Shown: positions 43,455 to 54,740 of the stretch, piece after piece
How positions within the stretch are numbered: the first letter of the stretch is position 1
How the letters are laid out: the number at the start of each line of letters is the position of its first letter
NCBI GenBank assembly: GCA_964016885.1
Contig: OZ024742.1
Coordinates: forward strand, 244,838,001-244,902,000
Reading direction: 5' to 3'
Source of the DNA: Eledone cirrhosa
Lineage: Eukaryota
DNA length: 64,000 bases
Notes under the pieces: generated by a model
Told to the model about the DNA's origin: nothing
Database searches by the model: none
Seen by the model: the letters and a program-made list of their open reading frames with translations, nothing else
Translations under genes and position numbers: made by a program

Positions 43455-43664
43455 ATGTATGTGTATATATATGTGTATGTATATTTATATATATATATAT
43501 ATGTATGTGTATATGTATGTGTATATATATGTGAATGTATATACATATATATATATGTATGTGTATATGTATGTGTATATATGTGTATGTATGTATGTAT
43601 ATATATATGTATGTGTATATATATGTGTATATATGTATGTGTATATATATGTGTATGTATGTAT

Positions 43665-43696
<32 letters not shown>

Positions 43697-43763
43697 ATAT
43701 ATATGTGTATGTATATATATGTGTATGTATGTGTATATATATGTGTATGTGTATATATATGTG

Positions 43764-43798
<35 letters not shown>

Positions 43799-43884
43799 TA
43801 AGATGTCTGACCTGTTGACAAACTCCTAACTCCTTTCCCTGTGTTGAATGTGTGTGTGTATATATATATATATATATTCATTCA

Positions 43885-46195
43885 ATTCATTCAATCTGAA
43901 AATATTGAAGAGATAAGACACTTTGCCATTCTTCTCTGCTAAAATGTACCACTAGAGCTGATTCAAATTTTCCCAGCCAGCCATCCACCTAATCTACGAA
44001 GGTATTTTAGCCTACATATTGTCGTTAATATTATGATGTTCCCTGCTGTATTAGCGTTAAATTTTCCCTGCTGTATTAGCGATAAATTTTCGAGGGTTTC
44101 TCTTAGTAGCTTTTTCATGTCGTTAATATTATGATGTTCCCTGCTGTATTAGCGTTAAATTTTCCCTGCTGTATTAGCGATAAATTTTCGAGGGTTTCTC
44201 TTAGTAGCTTTTTCATGTCGTTAATATTATGATGTTCCCTGCTGTATTAGCGTTAAATTTTCCCTGCTGTATTAGCGATAAATTTTCGAGGGTTTCTCTT
44301 AGTAGCTTTTTCATGTCGTTAATATTATGATGTTCCCTGCTGTATTAGCGTTAAATTTTCCCTGCTGTATTAGCGATAAATTTTCGAGGGTTTCTCTTAG
44401 TAGCTTTTTCATGTCGTTAATATTATGATGTTCCCTGCTGTATTAGCGTTAAATTTTCCCTGCTGTATTAGCGATAAATTTTCGAGGGTTTCTCTTAGTA
44501 GCTTTTTCATGTCGTTAATATTATGATGTTCCCTGCTGTATTAGCGTTAAATTTTCCCTGCTGTATTAGCGATAAATTTTCGAGGGTTTCTCTTAGTAGC
44601 TTTTTCATGTCGTTAATATTATGATGTTCCCTGCTGTATTAGCGTTAAATTTTCCCTGCTGTATTAGCGATAAATTTTCGAGGGTTTCTCTTAGTAGCTT
44701 TTTTCATGACGTTATTATTGTTAATTTTACTGATGTAGTATTAACTTATTAACTTGGATATTTACCATGCGGTATTCTAATCCTATTGTATCTCTCTCAG
44801 TTATTTACCATGCGACCCTCAGTTCCTACCCCCCCCCCCCCTCTATGCACTTCTTTAAGGCTTACTACCCTGTCTTTAACCTAATTCATTCAATCTGAAA
44901 ATATTGAAGAGATAAGACACTTTGCCATTCTTCTCTGCTAAAATGTACCACTAGAGCTGATTCAAATTTTCCCAGCCAGCCATCCACCTAATCTACGAAG
45001 GTATTTTAGCCTACATATTGTCGTTAATATTATGATGTTCCCTGCTGTATTAGCGTTAAATTTTCCCTGCTGTATTAGCGATAAATTTTCGAGGGTTTCT
45101 CTTAGTAGCTTTTTCATGTCGTTAATATTATGATGTTCCCTGCTGTATTAGCGTTAAATTTTCCCTGCTGTATTAGCGATAAATTTTCGAGGGTTTCTCT
45201 TAGTAGCTTTTTCATGTCGTTAATATTATGATGTTCCCTGCTGTATTAGCGTTAAATTTTCCCTGCTGTATTAGCGATAAATTTTCGAGGGTTTCTCTTA
45301 GTAGCTTTTTTCATGACGTTATTATTGTTAATTTTACTGATGTAGTATTAACTTATTAACTTGGATATTTACCATGCGGTATTCTAATCCTATTGTATCT
45401 CTCTCAGTTATTTACCATGCGACCCTCAGTTCCTACCCCCCCCCTCTATGCACTTCTTTAAGGCTTACTACCCTGTCTTTAACCTAATTCATTCAATCTG
45501 AAAATATTGAAGAGATAAGACACTTTGCCATTCTTCTCTGCTAAAATGTACCACTAGAGCTGATTCAAATTTTCCCAGCCAGCCATCCACCTAATCTACG
45601 AAGGTATTTTAGCCTACATATTGTCGTTAATATTATGATGTTCCCTGCTGTATTAGCGTTAAATTTTCCCTGCTGTATTAGCGATAAATTTTCGAGGGTT
45701 TCTCTTAGTAGCTTTTTTCATGACGTTATTATTGTTAATTTTACTGATGTAGTATTAACTTATTAACTTGGATATTTACCATGCGGTATTCTAATCCTAT
45801 TGTATCTCTCTGTTATTTACCATGCGACCCTCAGTTCCTACCCCCCCCTCTATGCACTTCTTTAAGGCTTACTACCCTGTCTTTAACCTAATTCATTCAA
45901 TCTGAAAATATTGAAGAGATAAGACACTTTGCCATTCTTCTCTGCTAAAATGTACCACTAGAGCTGATTCAAATTTTCCCAGCCAGCCATCCACCTAATC
46001 TACGAAGGTATTTTAGCCTACATATTGTCGTTAATATTATGATGTTCCCTGCTGTATTAGCGTTAAATTTTCCCTGCTGTATTAGCGATAAATTTTCGAG
46101 GGTTTCTCTTAGTAGCTTTTTTCATGACGTTATTATTGTTAATTTTACTGATGTAGTATTAACTTGGATATTTACCATGCGACCCTCAGTTCCTA
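43885..46195 (+). repeat. Nested tandem repeat in the RTE-A 5' UTR: four ~404-bp monomers containing 7, 3, 1 and 1 copies of a 98-bp subunit
   Basis: Monomers start at 43885, 44884, 45487 and 45891; 98-bp subunits at 44020, 44118 ... 44608; 45019, 45117, 45215; 45622; 46026. Confidence 0.95.
44886..44919 (+). promoter_or_regulatory. Candidate Inr + DPE internal Pol II core promoter (repeated in each monomer)
   Basis: TCATTC fits Inr TCAKTY (A+1 = 44888); AGACA at +28 to +32 (44915-44919) fits DPE RGWYV at canonical spacing. Confidence 0.6.
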
Positions 46196-46440
46196 CCTCA
46201 CAATTTCCCTCCCCCCCACCCCCACACACCACCATAGCCTATTCGACCAATCAAACCTAGCATGCCATTTCCACTGCTGCTGCTGCTACTACCTGCCTAA
46301 CTAACTCTCTCCTCCTCTGGCGCATCCCAACACACCCTGCCATTACCCCACCACCACTGTCCTTCTAGCCCTCAATTTTCCCACCGTTAGGGATGGATGA
46401 GCTGGGAATACACGAGCAACTCTGAATCAATAGATGAAAT

Positions 46441-49400
46441 ATGAATCTGCGAGCTACCAAGCACCCACGTGAAGCGCCAACCCAGAGACCCTCCCCTACG
46501 AGTGTCGACAAATGCCCAAAACTCCGAGTTGGTACCATCAATGTAGGCTCAATGAAAGGAAGAGCAGGAGAAATCGTAGAAATGCTAGAGCGAAAGGAAG
46601 TTGATGTATGCTGTGTGCAAGAGACTAGATGGAGAGGAGGGTCTGCTAGAGTCCTTGTAGGAAAAAGCCAGTGCTACAAATTTTTCTGGGTGGGAAATGA
46701 CGATGGGATGGGTGGTGTAGGTATACTATTAGCTGACAAGTGGGTAGATAAAGTAATCTCAGTGTACAGGGTAAATGCAAGAATCATTAAACTCAGACTA
46801 GTCCTGAATAAGACAATTACCACAATAATATCAGCTTACGCACCCCAATCGGGGCTGCCAGACGAACTTAAGGATAGGTTTTACGAGTCCCTAATACACA
46901 CTACTGCTCTAACAGACGACAAGGACTTCCTAATCATTGCAGGAGATTTTAACGGACACGTAGGTAAACACTGCGACGGCTTCAATAGAGTACATGGAGG
47001 CCATGGAGTTGGCACAAGGAATGAGGAAGGATTCAGACTTCTAGAATTCTGCGACGCCAATGACATGTCGATATGTAACACAAACTTTAAAAAACCCGAC
47101 AACCACCTGATCACCTATAGATCAGGGGAGCACTCTAGTCAGTTAGATTTTATCCTCATCAGAGGACGTGACAGATGGACGGTCGTAAACACAAAAGCCT
47201 TCCCTAGTGAGGAATGTACATCCCAACATAGCTTAGTTGTCAGCGACCTCACGGTCAGAACTAGACGAGCCCTGAAACAGAGGCCAACCTGGAGAAGAAA
47301 GATCTGGAAGCTGAAAGTCCCCTCAACCAGTAACAGATTTAAAGATATTTTACTCAACGCCTACGACAGTAAAGAAGAACAGATAGAGACATTTAACGTA
47401 GAAGAGAACTGGGAGTTCCTAAAAAATAACTTACTAGAGGCGACGGATGAGGTTTGTGGCTGGAGTAAGACCTCAAGCAGGAGGAGAGTGACTTGGTGGT
47501 GGAACAATAAGGTAGATGAAGCAGTCAAGGCCAAGAGACAGGCATGGAAAGAATGGAAGAACGGGGGGAGCAGGGTACATTACATAGAGACCAAGAGGGA
47601 AGCTAGGCGACAAGTATACTTAGCTAGGAGGGAAGCAGAGGATAGAAAATTCAAGCATGTTTTACAACGTGAGGACCAGAAACAGGAGGTATTCAAGATT
47701 GCGAGGCAGTGTGTCAGAGATAGTTGTGATGTCATTGGAGAGAAGTGTATCCGGAATGATAAAGGTGAGCTTGCCCTCACAAGTGCTGAGAAGAAAGATG
47801 CATGGAAGAGTCATTATGATAGATTACTAAATGAGGAGAATGCATGGGAAGAAGAGACCCTACCCCACGTAGACCCTATAGAGGGACCAGCAGTACAAGT
47901 CAGCGGCAGCGTAGTAAGTAAGGCAATCAGAGATATGAAGATAGGGAAGGCAACCGGTCCATCGGGTATAGCTGCCGAGATGCTGAAGGCATCTGGGTCT
48001 GTAGGTCACACTATAACCACACGTATCGTTAACCAGGTAATACTAGAGGAGGCCATACCAAAAGATTGGTGCAGTAGCATCATTGTCAACTGCTACAAAG
48101 GTAAAGGCGATGCACTAGATAGAGGAAACTATAGAGGTATAAAGTTGATGGACCAGGTCATGAAAGTAACAGAAAGAGTTATAGCACAGCTGATTAGGGA
48201 CCGGGTGAATATAGACGAGATGCAATTTGGGTTTGTTCCAGGGAAAGGCACCACTGATGCGCTCTTCCTTGTGAGGCAATTACAGGAAAAGTACCTAGCT
48301 AAAAGTAAGCCACTCTACTTGGCATTTGTCGACCTTGAGAAAGCCTTTGACAGAGTTCCACGTGCAGTAATCTGGTGGGCTCTTAGAAAACTAGGAGTAG
48401 ATGAATGGCTTGTGAAAGCGGTACAAGCCATGTATAGGGGAGCAGTCAGCAAAGTTAGGATTGGCAATGAGTATAGCGAGGAATTTAGCGTACAGGTTGG
48501 GGTCCACCAGGGCTCTGTTCTTAGCCCTCTCCTGTTCATCATAGTCCTGCAGGCAATAACGGAGGAGTTTAAGACCGGATGCCCATGGGAACTCCTGTAT
48601 GCTGATGACCTCGCACTCATAGCTGAATCTATGGTAGAACTAGAGAATAAATTCCAAACCTGGAAGCAGGGACTAGAGAGAAAGGGCCTCAAAGTCAACA
48701 TGACAAAGACTAAGGTCCTTATAAGTAGACGAGAAAACAGAACCCAGATCCCCTCAGGGAAATGGCCTTGCTCAGTATGTAGGAAAGGTGTAGGTAGGAA
48801 CTCCATTCTTTGCCCCAAATGCAAACAATGGGTACACAAGAGATGTAGCGGGATCTCAGGAAGCTTAATTAAGAATGTAGGATTCACATGCAGCAGCTGT
48901 GCTGAAACAGCAAGCAAACAGCCACAGGAAACAAGTACCACCAATCTCTGGGAGGGCCCTGTAGAAACAGTAGACAGCTTCTGCTACCTAGGTGACCGAA
49001 TTAGCAACGGAGGTGGGTGCTCAGAAAGTACAATAACTAGGGTAAGAACGGGATGGAAGAAGTTTAGGGAACTACTACCACTGCTAGCTGCAAAAGGCTT
49101 CTCCCTCAGAATGAAAGGCAGACTGTATGATGCGTGTATCCGAACAGCGATGTTGCATGGTAGTGAGACCTGGGCGCTGAAGGTGGAAGACTTATGTAGA
49201 TTAGAGAGAAACGAAGCCTGCATGCTCCGATGGATGTGTAACAGTAATATACGTGAACGACAAAGCATAAATGAATTGAGAGAGAGACTGAGCATAAGAG
49301 GAATCAAATGCTGCGTGCAGGAGAGGCGGTTACGCTGGTATGGACATGTGATGCGTATGAAGGATGACAGCTGCATAAAAAGGTGCAGAGCACTAGAAGT

Positions 49401-49560
49401 TGATGGAAACCGCGGAGTGGGGAGACCCAAGATGACTTGGGATGAGGTGATAAAAGCCGACCTTACCCAACTACACCTCTCAAAGTCAATGACACACGAC
49501 CGTGACTTCTGGCGTCACGCAGTAATACAGGGTACCCGACCTCCCATGGGTACATGCTGA
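46441..49560 (+). CDS. RTE-A polyprotein (1039 aa): APE endonuclease + reverse transcriptase + PHD finger
   Basis: APE: GTINVGSM, VQETRW, SAYAPQ, AGDFNGH, SQLDFIL, SQH. RT: [27 protein letters not shown] at 48763-48900. No stops. Confidence 0.96.
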   Translation: MNLRATKHPREAPTQRPSPTSVDKCPKLRVGTINVGSMKGRAGEIVEMLERKEVDVCCVQETRWRGGSARVLVGKSQCYKFFWVGNDDGMGGVGILLADKWVDKVISVYRVNARIIKLRLVLNKTITTIISAYAPQSGLPDELKDRFYESLIHTTALTDDKDFLIIAGDFNGHVGKHCDGFNRVHGGHGVGTRNEEGFRLLEFCDANDMSICNTNFKKPDNHLITYRSGEHSSQLDFILIRGRDRWTVVNTKAFPSEECTSQHSLVVSDLTVRTRRALKQRPTWRRKIWKLKVPSTSNRFKDILLNAYDSKEEQIETFNVEENWEFLKNNLLEATDEVCGWSKTSSRRRVTWWWNNKVDEAVKAKRQAWKEWKNGGSRVHYIETKREARRQVYLARREAEDRKFKHVLQREDQKQEVFKIARQCVRDSCDVIGEKCIRNDKGELALTSAEKKDAWKSHYDRLLNEENAWEEETLPHVDPIEGPAVQVSGSVVSKAIRDMKIGKATGPSGIAAEMLKASGSVGHTITTRIVNQVILEEAIPKDWCSSIIVNCYKGKGDALDRGNYRGIKLMDQVMKVTERVIAQLIRDRVNIDEMQFGFVPGKGTTDALFLVRQLQEKYLAKSKPLYLAFVDLEKAFDRVPRAVIWWALRKLGVDEWLVKAVQAMYRGAVSKVRIGNEYSEEFSVQVGVHQGSVLSPLLFIIVLQAITEEFKTGCPWELLYADDLALIAESMVELENKFQTWKQGLERKGLKVNMTKTKVLISRRENRTQIPSGKWPCSVCRKGVGRNSILCPKCKQWVHKRCSGISGSLIKNVGFTCSSCAETASKQPQETSTTNLWEGPVETVDSFCYLGDRISNGGGCSESTITRVRTGWKKFRELLPLLAAKGFSLRMKGRLYDACIRTAMLHGSETWALKVEDLCRLERNEACMLRWMCNSNIRERQSINELRERLSIRGIKCCVQERRLRWYGHVMRMKDDSCIKRCRALEVDGNRGVGRPKMTWDEVIKADLTQLHLSKSMTHDRDFWRHAVIQGTRPPMGTC

Positions 49561-49863
49561 AGCATATAAACAATATGCCCCCCCCCCCCACCGCAAGGTG
49601 GTCGTGGAGGTGCCACGGCAAAAAAGCACCCAGCCCACACTGTAAAGTGGACGTGTAGGCGCCACGAAAAAGCACCCAGCACTCACTGTAAATGAGGTTG
49701 GTGTTAGGAAGGGCATCCAGCTGTAGAAATCAAGCCAGATCAGTTCCTGTATGAGCAAGGCATGGTCAGCCGACCAGACACTGCCCACAACAGGACAACC
49801 CGTCTAACCCATGCTAGCGTGGAAGAACGGACGTAAAACGGTGATGATGATGATGATGATGAT

Positions 49864-49884
49864 ATATATATATGTATGTGTGTG

Positions 49885-49916
<32 letters not shown>

Positions 49917-50534
49917 TCTGTCGATACGACCAGATATCAACACAGCAACTACAGCAACAGCAACAACACCATTGTCTGTGTTGAATGTGTGTGTATGTAT
50001 GTATATATATATGTGTATGTGTGTGTATGTATGTATATATATATATGTGTATGTATATATATACATGTATATATGTATATATGTATATATATATGTATAT
50101 ATATATGTATATATCACACACGCGAAGCAAACAAATTTCAAAATTTCAACCCAGCGACTACAACAGCAGTAACAACAACAGCAACAACACCATTGTCTGC
50201 AGCATCAGTGAAATGAACAACAACAACTGCCACCACCATCACTGACACCATCCACCACAAGCACCACCACCACCATCACTGGCACCACCATCCACCACCA
50301 CCAGCGATCATGCCTTAAGAAGAAAAGAAAACAACTATAATACTAAATAACTATTCTGTTCTTGGCATGGGGCAGCGATTGTCCCAGCGCATTGCTGGTG
50401 CCTTGTTTTTTGGGGCCTGGAGAGTGGAGCGCCGTTGCTCTTTGCTGTAAAGCAAACAATTATTATTATTATTATATAAAAACTGAATTGGAAAAGTCAA
50501 CAGTTGACATGATTTTGTATCAGTACTGACGGTA

Positions 50535-50567
<33 letters not shown>

Positions 50568-50700
50568 TGGCGTGTGTGTGTTTGTATGCATTAGCGTTGG
50601 TGTGTGAGTGGTGTGTGTGTTTGTATGCATGAGTATTGGTGTGTGTGTGCCGTGAGTGTCAATAAGTGGTGTTTTCTTTTTTTGTTTTTTTTTGTTTTGT
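49864..50700 (+). repeat. Duplicated low-complexity segment (with 43797-43860), paralogous to 62781-63970
   Basis: Shared unique blocks such as CACACACGCGAAGC, CAGCGATTGTCCCAGCG and GGAAAAGTCAACAGTTGACATG, separated by TG/TA/CAA/CAC microsatellites. Confidence 0.9.
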
Positions 50701-53549
50701 TATTACCATGCTGTAAAATGGAGGAGTAGAGAGGGCCCATGAGTCCAGTAAGACATCCTCTCTAGTGCTGGTGGCATGAATAAAAGCACCCAGTCCATGC
50801 TGTAAAGTGGCACTGGTGTTAGGAAAGGCATCCAACCAGTGTATCAATGCCAAAACAACTATAAGCACAGCAACAATTATATAGGAACAACAACAAAAAA
50901 ATATGTAGATGTCGCATCTCAGAGTTGCAACACTTAATGTTGGCACTCTCACAGGTAGATCTGCTGAAATAGCGGAGATGCTGGAGAGAAGGCATGTGGA
51001 TGTGTGCTGCGTGCAAGAGGTGAGATGGAGAGGTGCCTCTGCGAGACTAGTTGCAGGCAAACATCTTAGCTATAAGCTTTTCTGGGTAGGTAAGGATGAT
51101 GGGTTAGGGGGAGTAGGCATTTTCCTGGCTGAGAGATGTATTAATAAGACAATAGAGGTAGTTCGAGTTAATAATCGAATAATTAAGCTTAGATTAGTTG
51201 TAGGCAGGAGACTACTGATAATCATCTCTGCCTATGCTCCCCAAGCAGGCCTAGGCAAAGAAGAAAAAGACTGCTTTTACGCGCAACGTTTACAAACAAC
51301 CGCAATGACAGAGGACGGAGACATCGTTATGCTAGCAGGAGACTTCAATGGCCATGTTGGACAGCTCCAGGATCGTTACACTGGGGTACATGGTGCACAC
51401 GGTTACGGCTCAAGAAATGAAGAAGTGAGACTTCTTGAATTTTGTGATGCAAGTACACTGTTTCTGACACTAACTTCCAGAAACCTGCCAACCACCTAAT
51501 AACCTACAAATCTGGCGAGCACATAAGCCAGATTGACTTCTTACTAGTTAGGCAGTGGGACAGGCAGATGGTGTCTAATACCAAGGCATACCCTGGGGAA
51601 GAATGTACCCCACAGCATAGGTTAGTCGTTAGTGATATCACAGTAAGCAATAGATGGAATGAGTCATACAGGAAGGTGTGGAGAAGAAAGGTCCGGAAGC
51701 TAAAAGCCCTTTCACTGAAATACAAATTTTGGAAAGCCCTTCAAGATGTGTATGACAAAAAAGAAGACGATTTAGAGACGTATGACATAGATAATAAACT
51801 GGAATTTCTTATGTGACAACTTACTGCAGGCTACTGATGAAACTTGTGGCTGGAGCAGAGCTCCAACCAGACAGAGAGTGACCTGGTGGTGGGACAGCAC
51901 AGTAGATAAGGCTAATAGAGACAAAAGACTAGCATGGAAGGCTTGGAAAAAGGGTGGGAGTAGAGAAGGATATACAGCCGCTAAGAGAGAAGCTAGACGT
52001 CAGGTGTACTTAGCACGCAGGGAGGCTGAGAGGAGGAGGTTTGTCAGTGTTCTGCGATGGGAAGATTAGAGGCGTGTGGTGTTCCACATTGCAAGGCAGT
52101 GTGTCAATGCAAATCAGGATGTTGTTGGAGATAAATGTGTCCGGAATGATGCCGGTATACTTAGTGTCACAAATTATCAGAAAAAGGAGGCCTGGAAATG
52201 TCATTATGAGAAACTGATGAATGTGGAGAACAAATGGGAGAGAGGGAAATTACCCTCAGTAGATCCGACAGAGGGACCAGCTATTGAGATTGACATATAT
52301 AGGGTCCAAGAGGCGATTAAGGAAATGAAAAATGGTAAGGTTGCTAGACTGTTGGGGAAAGTTGCTGAGATGCTGGAGGCATCAGGGGACGTAGGCACTA
52401 AACTGGTTGCACGCATCATCAATCAGGCTATATATGGTGGTGTCATACCCAAAGACTGGTGCAGCAGTATTCTCATAAATTGCTACAAAGGTAAAGGGGA
52501 TGCTCTGGAGAGGAGCAGTTATAGGGGTATGAAACTGATGGGTCAGGTTATGAAAGTGGCAGAAAGGATATTAGCACAACTAATTAGAGAAAGGGTTAGA
52601 CTAGATGAGATGCAGTTTGGTTTTGTGCCTGGGAAAAGTACAACAGATGCCCTCTTCTTGGTGAGACAATTACAAGAGAGGTTCTTAGAGAAGAATAAGC
52701 CACTATACTTAGCCTTTGTTACCTAGAGAAGGCCTTTGATAGGGTACCCCGATCTGTCATCTGGTGGTCCCTAAGGAAACTAGGTGTTGAAGAATGGGTT
52801 GTGAGGACAGTGCAAACTTTGTACAGAGGTGTTGTCAGTAAACTCAGGGTAGGAATGGAGTTTAGTGAGGAATTCCAGATACAAGTAGGAGTACATCAAG
52901 GTTTGGTCCTCAACCTGCTCTTGTTCATTATAGTCCTCCAAGCCATAACAGAGGAGTTTAAGACTGGCTGTCCATGGGAACTTCTCAATGCTGACGATCT
53001 GGTTCTTATAGTAGAATCAGTAGAGGAGCTAGAGAATAAATTCTGGCTATGGAAATAGCAGTTGGAAGCAAGAGGACCGAGAATGAACCTAGCTAAGACA
53101 AAAGTGTTGATGAGTAGAAAAGAGGACAAAACTCTGATTCCATCAGGGAAATGGCCATGTTCGATATGCAGAAAAGGAACTGGCCTAAATTCTATAAAAT
53201 GCACACAATGCAGATGCTGGGTACACAAGAGATATAGTGGGATAGCAGGCAAACTAACAGGTAGGAAGAAATACGTATGCAGTAGATGTACAGAGAAATT
53301 AGACAGTAGCAGTCGCATTGATAGACACATTTTTCAAATGCAGGCGGGTGCTATAGAAGTGGTGGATAGCTTCCGGTACCTAGATCAGATTAGCATGGGA
53401 GGGGGGTGTTCCGAGACCATAGCATCTAGAATAAGGACGGGTTGGTAGAAGTTTAAGGAGCTGCTTCCTCTGCTGATGAAGAAGGGTTTCTCCCTGTGTA
53501 CGAAAGGCCGGTTATATGATGCCTGTGGGAGCAGCGTGATGCTGCATGG
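50700..53549 (+). mobile_element. RTE family B, decayed, retains 5' UTR and APE domain, 3' end deleted
   Basis: ORF pieces from 50909 to 53549 (ATLNVGTL, VQEVRW, GDFNGH, RT, PHD) with many stops and frameshifts; AGGAAAGGCATCC module upstream of the ATG. Confidence 0.93.
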
Positions 53550-54327
53550 TTTTCTATGGCTGGATGCCCTCCCTAACACCAACCACGTTTACAGTGTGGA
53601 CTGGGAGGTTTTTACCGTGTTACCTACACGGCGACATTACAGCGTGGACTGTGTGTTTTTTTCTCATGACACCTACATGGCCTCATTTATTTAGGACTGT
53701 CTGTTGTGGTACCAACATAGCTTTACATCAAAAGGGGTGGTGTAGATGGCGGTAGGGGTAGGATTAGTGGGACGGGGGTGTATTTTGGTTAAGAGGTGCC
53801 TACTGAATGTAGGTTTCGCTTTGTACTTAGGCAAGGTGGGTCTTCTGTATTACTACGTAGCGCCAAAGATCTCGGTCCAGTGACATTGTCTTGGAGAGGT
53901 GTGTGTGAGGTCGGATTTTATCAAGTCGTCCCAGGTTTTTCTGGGTCTGCCTACTCCGTGGCTACCGTCTATTTTGATCGCCCTGCACTTTTTTATACAG
54001 CTGTCATCTTTCATGCTCATCACGTGACCATACTAACGTAGTCTTCTCTCAAGTAAACAGCATCTGATCCCTCTTATTCCTAATTTCTCACTTAGTTCAT
54101 TTATGCTTTGCCGTTCGCGTATATTACTATTACACATCCAACGGAGCATGCAAGCTTCATTCCTCTCCAGTCTGCGTAGATCCTCTGCACACAAGGCCCA
54201 TGTCTCACTGCCATGTAACATTGCTGTTCGTATTCAGGCATCATACAGCCTGCCTTTCATTTTTAGAGAGAAACCTTTAGCGGCTAATAGTGGTATAGGT
54301 TCTCTGAATTGTTTCCATCCCGTTCGG
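53550..54327 (-). mobile_element. RTE family C-like fragment, truncated at both ends
   Basis: [14 protein letters not shown]... and a C-type 3' UTR without the terminal stem-loop or tail. Confidence 0.9.
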
Positions 54328-54333
54328 TGTATC

Positions 54334-54364
<31 letters not shown>

Positions 54365-54740
54365 GTGTGTGTATGTATATATATGTATTTAATTATGTCT
54401 CATATAAAATAATATAACTGGCTATCGCAAAATACGTATAGTTTGCACCCCAAACGTAAAATTGGGATTATATTAAGGTATATCCTAATGTTTGTTGAGT
54501 GAGACGGATGTCAGTCGGAGTATTGCTTAAAGCTTTCTCTGTTAATGTATTAAATATGTATATATATATGTGTATATATATATATATATATGTGTATATA
54601 TATATATGTGTATATATGTGTATATATATATATGTGTATATATGTGAATACATATATATGTGTATATATGTATATATGTATATATATATGTATATACCTA
54701 TCTACCTACACACACATTTTGTATATGTATGTATATATCT
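54328..54740. repeat. TA/TG microsatellite blocks flanking a 165-bp unique insert
   Basis: Repeats at about 54328-54388 and 54555-54740. Confidence 0.85.

Larger units (their letters stand above)
43876..49863 (+). mobile_element. Full-length RTE family A LINE (about 6 kb)
   Basis: 5' monomer array, single intact ORF, 3' UTR, stem-loop and (GAT)n tail; flanks rejoin to match the uninterrupted paralog at 62781-62900. Confidence 0.92.

Noticed and set aside
44020-44706. Regular 98-bp array as a CRISPR
   Set aside because: Units are identical with no unique spacers, there are no cas genes and the context is eukaryotic.
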